64,000 bases of DNA, taken from Candidatus Limnocylindrales bacterium. GTDB lineage: Bacteria; Moduliflexota; Moduliflexia; Moduliflexales; JAUQPW01. Both the position numbers and the translations under genes were made by a program. Below the pieces are notes generated by a model. The model made no database searches and had not been told where the DNA came from. It saw only the letters and a program-made list of their open reading frames with translations. The DNA is taken from NCBI GenBank assembly GCA_035559535.1, contig DATMBG010000033.1, positions 61,573-125,572 of the forward strand, in the 5' to 3' direction. Positions within the stretch are counted from its first letter, which is position 1, and the number at the start of each line of letters is the position of its first letter. This document shows, in pieces, positions 59,395 to 64,000 of the stretch.

Positions 59395-59859
59395 TCAAGC
59401 ATACTGACGGGCCCAATTCAAAACCGAGGGAAGTTCTTCTTCAATCTCCCAAAGACATCTTCGATAATCCTCCAAAAGACCCCCATAGGGGTCCTGGACC
59501 CCTCCTTTTTTCAGGGTATTGTTGGAAAATTCGGTTAAAACAAAGGTCTTCTCAAGGGCTTCAGGAACTAATCGAACCACCTCCCATTTATGGTCTTCAT
59601 TCATGGTTAAAATAAGACTGGCTTCCTGGATAATCTCCCTGGAAAGAGGTCGGGCTCTATGACCGGAGATGTCTACCCCTTTCTCCAGAGCTGCCTGAAT
59701 AGCTTCCGGTGTACTGGTTGTATTGGGATAAGCCCAGGTTCCCGCAGAGATAACGCGAACGTTGGTGATACCCTCTTCAATTAACTTTTTCTTCAGAAGA
59801 CCTTCTGCCATAGGACTTCGACAGATATTTCCGGTACAGACAAACAGGATCGTTTTCAT
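59395..59859 (-). CDS. Low-molecular-weight protein-tyrosine phosphatase (arsenate-reductase-like fold)
   Basis: P-loop 'LFVCTGNICRSPMAEG' (CX5R) and a later Asp-Pro (DPY) motif. Confidence 0.8.
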   Translation of the reverse strand: MKTILFVCTGNICRSPMAEGLLKKKLIEEGITNVRVISAGTWAYPNTTSTPEAIQAALEKGVDISGHRARPLSREIIQEASLILTMNEDHKWEVVRLVPEALEKTFVLTEFSNNTLKKGGVQDPYGGLLEDYRRCLWEIEEELPSVLNWARQYA

Positions 59860-59861
59860 AT

Positions 59862-62800
59862 TTATCTTCTCTTTTTGAAAATTTGATCCAATATACCTTT
59901 AGAAATATCTTCCAGTACCTCCTCAGGTTTTTTCTGAGCAGGCAGTTTCTCCTGGGATTCCAAAGGAGGTTGTGGTTCCGGAGAAGGCTGCTGCTCTGAG
60001 GAGGTCTGCGACGCTACATCCTGTTCCGTGTTTTTTTCTTTCTTTTTAAAAATTTTATCCAATCCCAATTGGATTCCTTTCTGAAGGGCTATATTTGCTG
60101 CAAATTTAACTACACTGTTTTGAATACCGGCCAGATTAAATTCCGGCTCAAAAAGTGTTCCTTCAATAGGAATAGGGAAAGGAATCGTTACTTTTCCATC
60201 ACGTTCCGGAAAATATTTAACTAATTCTGGATAGTATTTAAAATCCTTGAAAAAACTGATCCGGCCCGTCAAATCCAGGGCCGTATTATTCAAACCCAGA
60301 TTTCCTGTAATCTCTAAATCCATGTTAAGATTTTGGGTGGGATCTCTTACCTGGATCATCAGATCCCCGGTACCGGCCTGTCCATCCCGAATGTTAAAGT
60401 GACCTTTAAACAGGGAAAATTCTGTATCCGGAGGAGCTTTCTTAAATTGCTCACTCAAGGCCAGGAATTCCTTAGCCTTTCCAATCTGACCTATCCACTC
60501 AAAGAGTGGAGCCAGCTCGTGAAAGATACTAAAAGCCGTGAATTTTCCATTTCGTATCTCCAGATCGCCACTTCCTGTAAGGGTTCTACTCAGTACCTGG
60601 GTGTCGAATCCTTTTCCCTGCAACTTCATGTTAACAAAAAGCAATCCGTAGATGACGTGTTTCAAGGAGGTTTTTTCGGCAAAAAGTTTACGGGCATTAA
60701 CTTGGGTCAGCCGGGTAGTAACTTCGTAAACCGCTGGGGTAGTGTTTAAATCTATTACCGCAGCTCCCTGATGGGTTCCGTCATAAAAATTGAAGACCAG
60801 GTTATTCAAGCGAATGACTTGGTCGGTCATCTGAGCCTGGGTAGTCAGTCGGGAGAAATCGAATTCTTTGGCTGTCCCCTGGTCTACAGTAATCGTTCCT
60901 TGGGCCTGTATTTTCCTGAGTAAGTCTTCCAGGGACCCGGACCCTGGAATTTTCTGCACAGGCTGAGGAGTTCGGGACCCGGTGGGTTTTTCTTCCTTCA
61001 TCTTAGGAAGGGGAGTTTCTTCTCCAGGGGCAGGTTTACGGGACCTGGAGGGTTTAGAGTCTTGGACAAGCTGAATCGGTTCCGGGGCCTGGTCTGCAAA
61101 TGGGGTAGCAGCAACAAAAAAAATGGGTAATTCACCCCTTTCAGAGTCTCTATACTCCCAGGTTTCCGGATTCTTCTTCCAGGAGGCTTTCTTTTCCAGA
61201 TCTTTTCCTTCCATCCATTCATCCAGATTCAGTTTAGAAGCATGGAGATCAAATTGAACCTTAGGAGCGTTCAGATCCCTGATATTTAGATTACCTGTAA
61301 AAACAGAGCTTCCCAACTGGCCTGTTAAATCTTTTACGGTTATTTCTCTTCCTGCTAAGACGGCAGAAGCCGAAAGATTTTCGATGGATTTGGGTAAATT
61401 GGGAAGGGCCAGCCGGACCTTTTTAAAATTAATGGTCCCGTTAATTCCCCGACCTTCTGCAATATCTTCCCATTTCCCCTTCAGGCTCACGTCCAGGTCG
61501 ATTTTTCCCTGATCATCGGGAGTCTCAGACTGGAGAATCCAGGGGTTAAAAGCAAAGGCATTGGATCGCAGGTGAAGATCCCATAACGACGAAGCATAAG
61601 ACTTCACTCCAGTTGGGTTAAAACCGGTTATAAAGCCTTTTATATCCAGAATCAAATCATTAATGTTGAGCCTAAGGGCTTCTATTTCAAATCGTTCCTT
61701 TTTGGCGATGACATCAAACTCCAATCGCCCGGGAATGCCGCTGGCTTTTTTAAACAGGATCCCATAGCTGGCTTCTCCTTTGTCTAAATTGACGGAACCT
61801 GTTAGACGAAGATTAGAGGGAGGACCTGCGGTTTTAACCTGGAGTCTGGTCGGACCTGTTAAATCAAGACCTTTAGGTAAAGAGGATTTGACCCGGGGTA
61901 ATTTCTGCAAAAGTTTTTGTATATCGAACTCATCGGTTACAATATCTAAATTAAGCTGAGGTTCGCGTTGGGGTGAAGCTCCGTTATAGGTTCTTGCTAT
62001 GATTCCTTTAACCCTCAACTGGAGATCCTCCAACAGAAGGGTCAAGTTTTTAAGGGTCACATCTCCTTTACTCAGGCCGGCTTCTAAAGCCAGATCTGAT
62101 TTAACCCCTTCCGGTTTTACAAAAAAATCCTTATAACGGATCTGGTTTTTTGTTAAATCTACGCCGCTTTTTATTTCCAGGGCCTGGGGAGACCCCTCCA
62201 CATGCACCTGGAGCTGGCCGGGGCCTGTTAAAATTAGATCGGCCAGGGACACGGTGGGAAGCAACTTATTTTGAAATTCCACCAGGTCAAAGGGGTTTGT
62301 ACTGAGGTCCAGGTTAAGTTTTGGATTTTGGAGATTTTCAATGGAACCATCTATACGTAGGGCTAAGTTCCCCAAATGAAGGGAAGAGTTGGAAAGGTTC
62401 AGTGAAGAAAGCCCAGTACGGTCATCCTTTTTGATCTCTACATTAAAATCCAGATTACCCGGGACTCCCACCTGTTTTTGGAAAACCTGACCATACTGAA
62501 GATAGCCTTTATCCAGATTGATATTTCCGACCAGGGTCAAATTTTCCGGTTTCCCTTTAGGTTTTATACTAAAGCTGGTCTTACCCGACAAAATGACTTC
62601 CTCAGGCAAGAAGCCAGAAGCTACGGGAATGGCTTTTAAAAGGGTAGCAACCTCAAAGGTATTACTATCGATTTGTAAATTTAAGTCCGGGTTCCCAGGA
62701 CTTCCGATAGTTCCGGTAGCTTTCAAAACCATGTCTTCCAGGGAGAAGGTGATATTGTCGATATTGAATTGGCCTGCGTCTAATCCTGCTTCAACCTTCA

Positions 62801-63950
62801 GATCTGATTTTATTTTAGCAGGCTTCGAGAAGAGATCTTTGTAACGAATCCCGTTATCGGTCAAGTCCAGATCTGTCATTACCTGGAGTTTATTTACGGG
62901 ACCTTCCACCTGGAGTTTCAACTCCGTCGGACCCGTCAAAGTTACATCGGTGGGAAGCAAAGACGTACTGGCCGGTGTCAGTTGTTGTTGGAGTTCATCG
63001 AGTTTAAATTTATTGGTTACTACCTCCAGATGAATGGAGGGAGATAGGGAATCAGATTTTGAACCGATTCCCGTAACCGAACCGGTAGCGTTGAGTACCA
63101 AAGGACCTAACCGAAGGGTCAGATTCTCCAGGTTGAACTCATCTTCTCTACGCTTTGAACTAAATGCTAAATTCGCGGGGACGTCAGGAGCTTTATGAAG
63201 GAGAGACTTATATCTCAGTTCGCTCTGGTCAAAGTTAACCGAACCCTCGGCCAGTAAGTCTTTGAGCTTTCCTTTAAGGGAGATCGTCAAATTCCCGGGC
63301 CCTGAGATTTTTATTCCCTCTACACGATCCGGACTTGAGGAGGCTTTAGAAGCAGATTTAGAATCAATCCCTGCCGTACGGGGGAAGAGTTCCATAAGTT
63401 TCTCGGGTAAAAAGGACTGGGAGGTTATTTTCAAATCTACAGCGGGCTCACCGGTTTTTAAATCTCCTACGGTTCCTGCCACGACCATTTGCACGTCGTT
63501 GATATTCACCGCCAGATTGGAAAGGGTTAAAGTATCTCCTCCAAAGTGACCTTCAAAGACGATCTGCCCCGGCACTCCTCGGGGTTTAGAAAAGATATTC
63601 TTGTATTGGATCTGACTTTCCTTGAGGTCAATAGTCCCTGTCAAGGTAAGATCCTGGAGAGAGCCTTGGGGTTGAAGGGCAATACTTGCGATCCCCTCCA
63701 GGTGAAGCGGAGGATGGCCATCGGTTCTTAATAAGGTAGGACGTGCTTCGGGGGGAAAGAGCGCAAAGAGTTTATTCCAGTCCAGATTTTCGAGTTTAAT
63801 AGACAGGTTTATTTGCGGTTTTGTCTTTACATTCTCAACCTCACCGGATATATCCATCATGATGGCTGCAGTTGTGACATTGGAATGAACAACCTTTAAA
63901 TCTCCTTCCCGAAGGTTTATCGACAGGGCCCCATCAACGGCTGCGTTCAC
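59862..63950 (-). CDS. Giant AsmA/TamB-like envelope protein; N-terminus may extend beyond the window
   Basis: 1362 or more aa, internally repetitive beta-rich segments ('LTGPTELKLQVEGPVNKL', 'LTGPGQLQVHVEGSPQAL', 'LTGPTRLQVKTAGPPSNL'). Synteny with lpxA. Stop overlaps the start of the phosphatase gene. Confidence 0.5.
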   Translation of the reverse strand: MNAAVDGALSINLREGDLKVVHSNVTTAAIMMDISGEVENVKTKPQINLSIKLENLDWNKLFALFPPEARPTLLRTDGHPPLHLEGIASIALQPQGSLQDLTLTGTIDLKESQIQYKNIFSKPRGVPGQIVFEGHFGGDTLTLSNLAVNINDVQMVVAGTVGDLKTGEPAVDLKITSQSFLPEKLMELFPRTAGIDSKSASKASSSPDRVEGIKISGPGNLTISLKGKLKDLLAEGSVNFDQSELRYKSLLHKAPDVPANLAFSSKRREDEFNLENLTLRLGPLVLNATGSVTGIGSKSDSLSPSIHLEVVTNKFKLDELQQQLTPASTSLLPTDVTLTGPTELKLQVEGPVNKLQVMTDLDLTDNGIRYKDLFSKPAKIKSDLKVEAGLDAGQFNIDNITFSLEDMVLKATGTIGSPGNPDLNLQIDSNTFEVATLLKAIPVASGFLPEEVILSGKTSFSIKPKGKPENLTLVGNINLDKGYLQYGQVFQKQVGVPGNLDFNVEIKKDDRTGLSSLNLSNSSLHLGNLALRIDGSIENLQNPKLNLDLSTNPFDLVEFQNKLLPTVSLADLILTGPGQLQVHVEGSPQALEIKSGVDLTKNQIRYKDFFVKPEGVKSDLALEAGLSKGDVTLKNLTLLLEDLQLRVKGIIARTYNGASPQREPQLNLDIVTDEFDIQKLLQKLPRVKSSLPKGLDLTGPTRLQVKTAGPPSNLRLTGSVNLDKGEASYGILFKKASGIPGRLEFDVIAKKERFEIEALRLNINDLILDIKGFITGFNPTGVKSYASSLWDLHLRSNAFAFNPWILQSETPDDQGKIDLDVSLKGKWEDIAEGRGINGTINFKKVRLALPNLPKSIENLSASAVLAGREITVKDLTGQLGSSVFTGNLNIRDLNAPKVQFDLHASKLNLDEWMEGKDLEKKASWKKNPETWEYRDSERGELPIFFVAATPFADQAPEPIQLVQDSKPSRSRKPAPGEETPLPKMKEEKPTGSRTPQPVQKIPGSGSLEDLLRKIQAQGTITVDQGTAKEFDFSRLTTQAQMTDQVIRLNNLVFNFYDGTHQGAAVIDLNTTPAVYEVTTRLTQVNARKLFAEKTSLKHVIYGLLFVNMKLQGKGFDTQVLSRTLTGSGDLEIRNGKFTAFSIFHELAPLFEWIGQIGKAKEFLALSEQFKKAPPDTEFSLFKGHFNIRDGQAGTGDLMIQVRDPTQNLNMDLEITGNLGLNNTALDLTGRISFFKDFKYYPELVKYFPERDGKVTIPFPIPIEGTLFEPEFNLAGIQNSVVKFAANIALQKGIQLGLDKIFKKKEKNTEQDVASQTSSEQQPSPEPQPPLESQEKLPAQKKPEEVLEDISKGILDQIFKKRR

Positions 63951-64000
63951 TCCCTTTAACGGAGAAGTAAAGATTTCCGGGTCTTTCCATAAAAAGTCCG

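Noticed and set aside
1-64000. CRISPR arrays, tRNA/rRNA genes, transposases or integrases
   Set aside because: I looked for regularly spaced direct repeats, tRNA T-loop-like motifs in non-coding regions and recombinase motifs among the ORFs and found none. Small structured RNAs cannot be excluded without covariance-model scans.

Overview
Read from sequence alone, this window looks like a chromosomal stretch of a diderm (Gram-negative-type) bacterium: about 48-50% GC by eye, with lpxA, an AsmA/TamB-like giant envelope protein, and many signal-peptide and polytopic membrane proteins. I support about 50 coding regions and found no rRNA, tRNA, CRISPR array, transposase or integrase. The best candidate for an undescribed system is a three-gene minus-strand cassette (36235-40921) built around a 1006-aa soluble protein that fuses an N-terminal P-loop NTPase to a C-terminal FtsK/SpoIIIE-type motor, flanked by two proteins I cannot assign. 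Other notable content: (i) an envelope glycosylation neighbourhood with three or four GT-C-type membrane glycosyltransferases (one with TPRs, one with a C-terminal PA14 domain), a GT2 polyprenyl-phosphate glycosyltransferase, two M23 peptidases and a beta-helix protein; (ii) a family of 28-bp perfect palindromes sitting just 3' of stop codons, whose arms differ by compensatory substitutions; (iii) octamer-periodic purine-rich repeats translated in frame inside two glycosyltransferase genes; (iv) a membrane protein combining an SH3b domain, a coiled coil and a ribosomal L7/L12 C-terminal-like domain; (v) an aromatic-catabolism-like cluster. ORF-track start positions use ATG/GTG/TTG and several were adjusted where a Shine-Dalgarno motif or domain boundary supported it. 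All family assignments are from motif recognition by eye, not from database searches.
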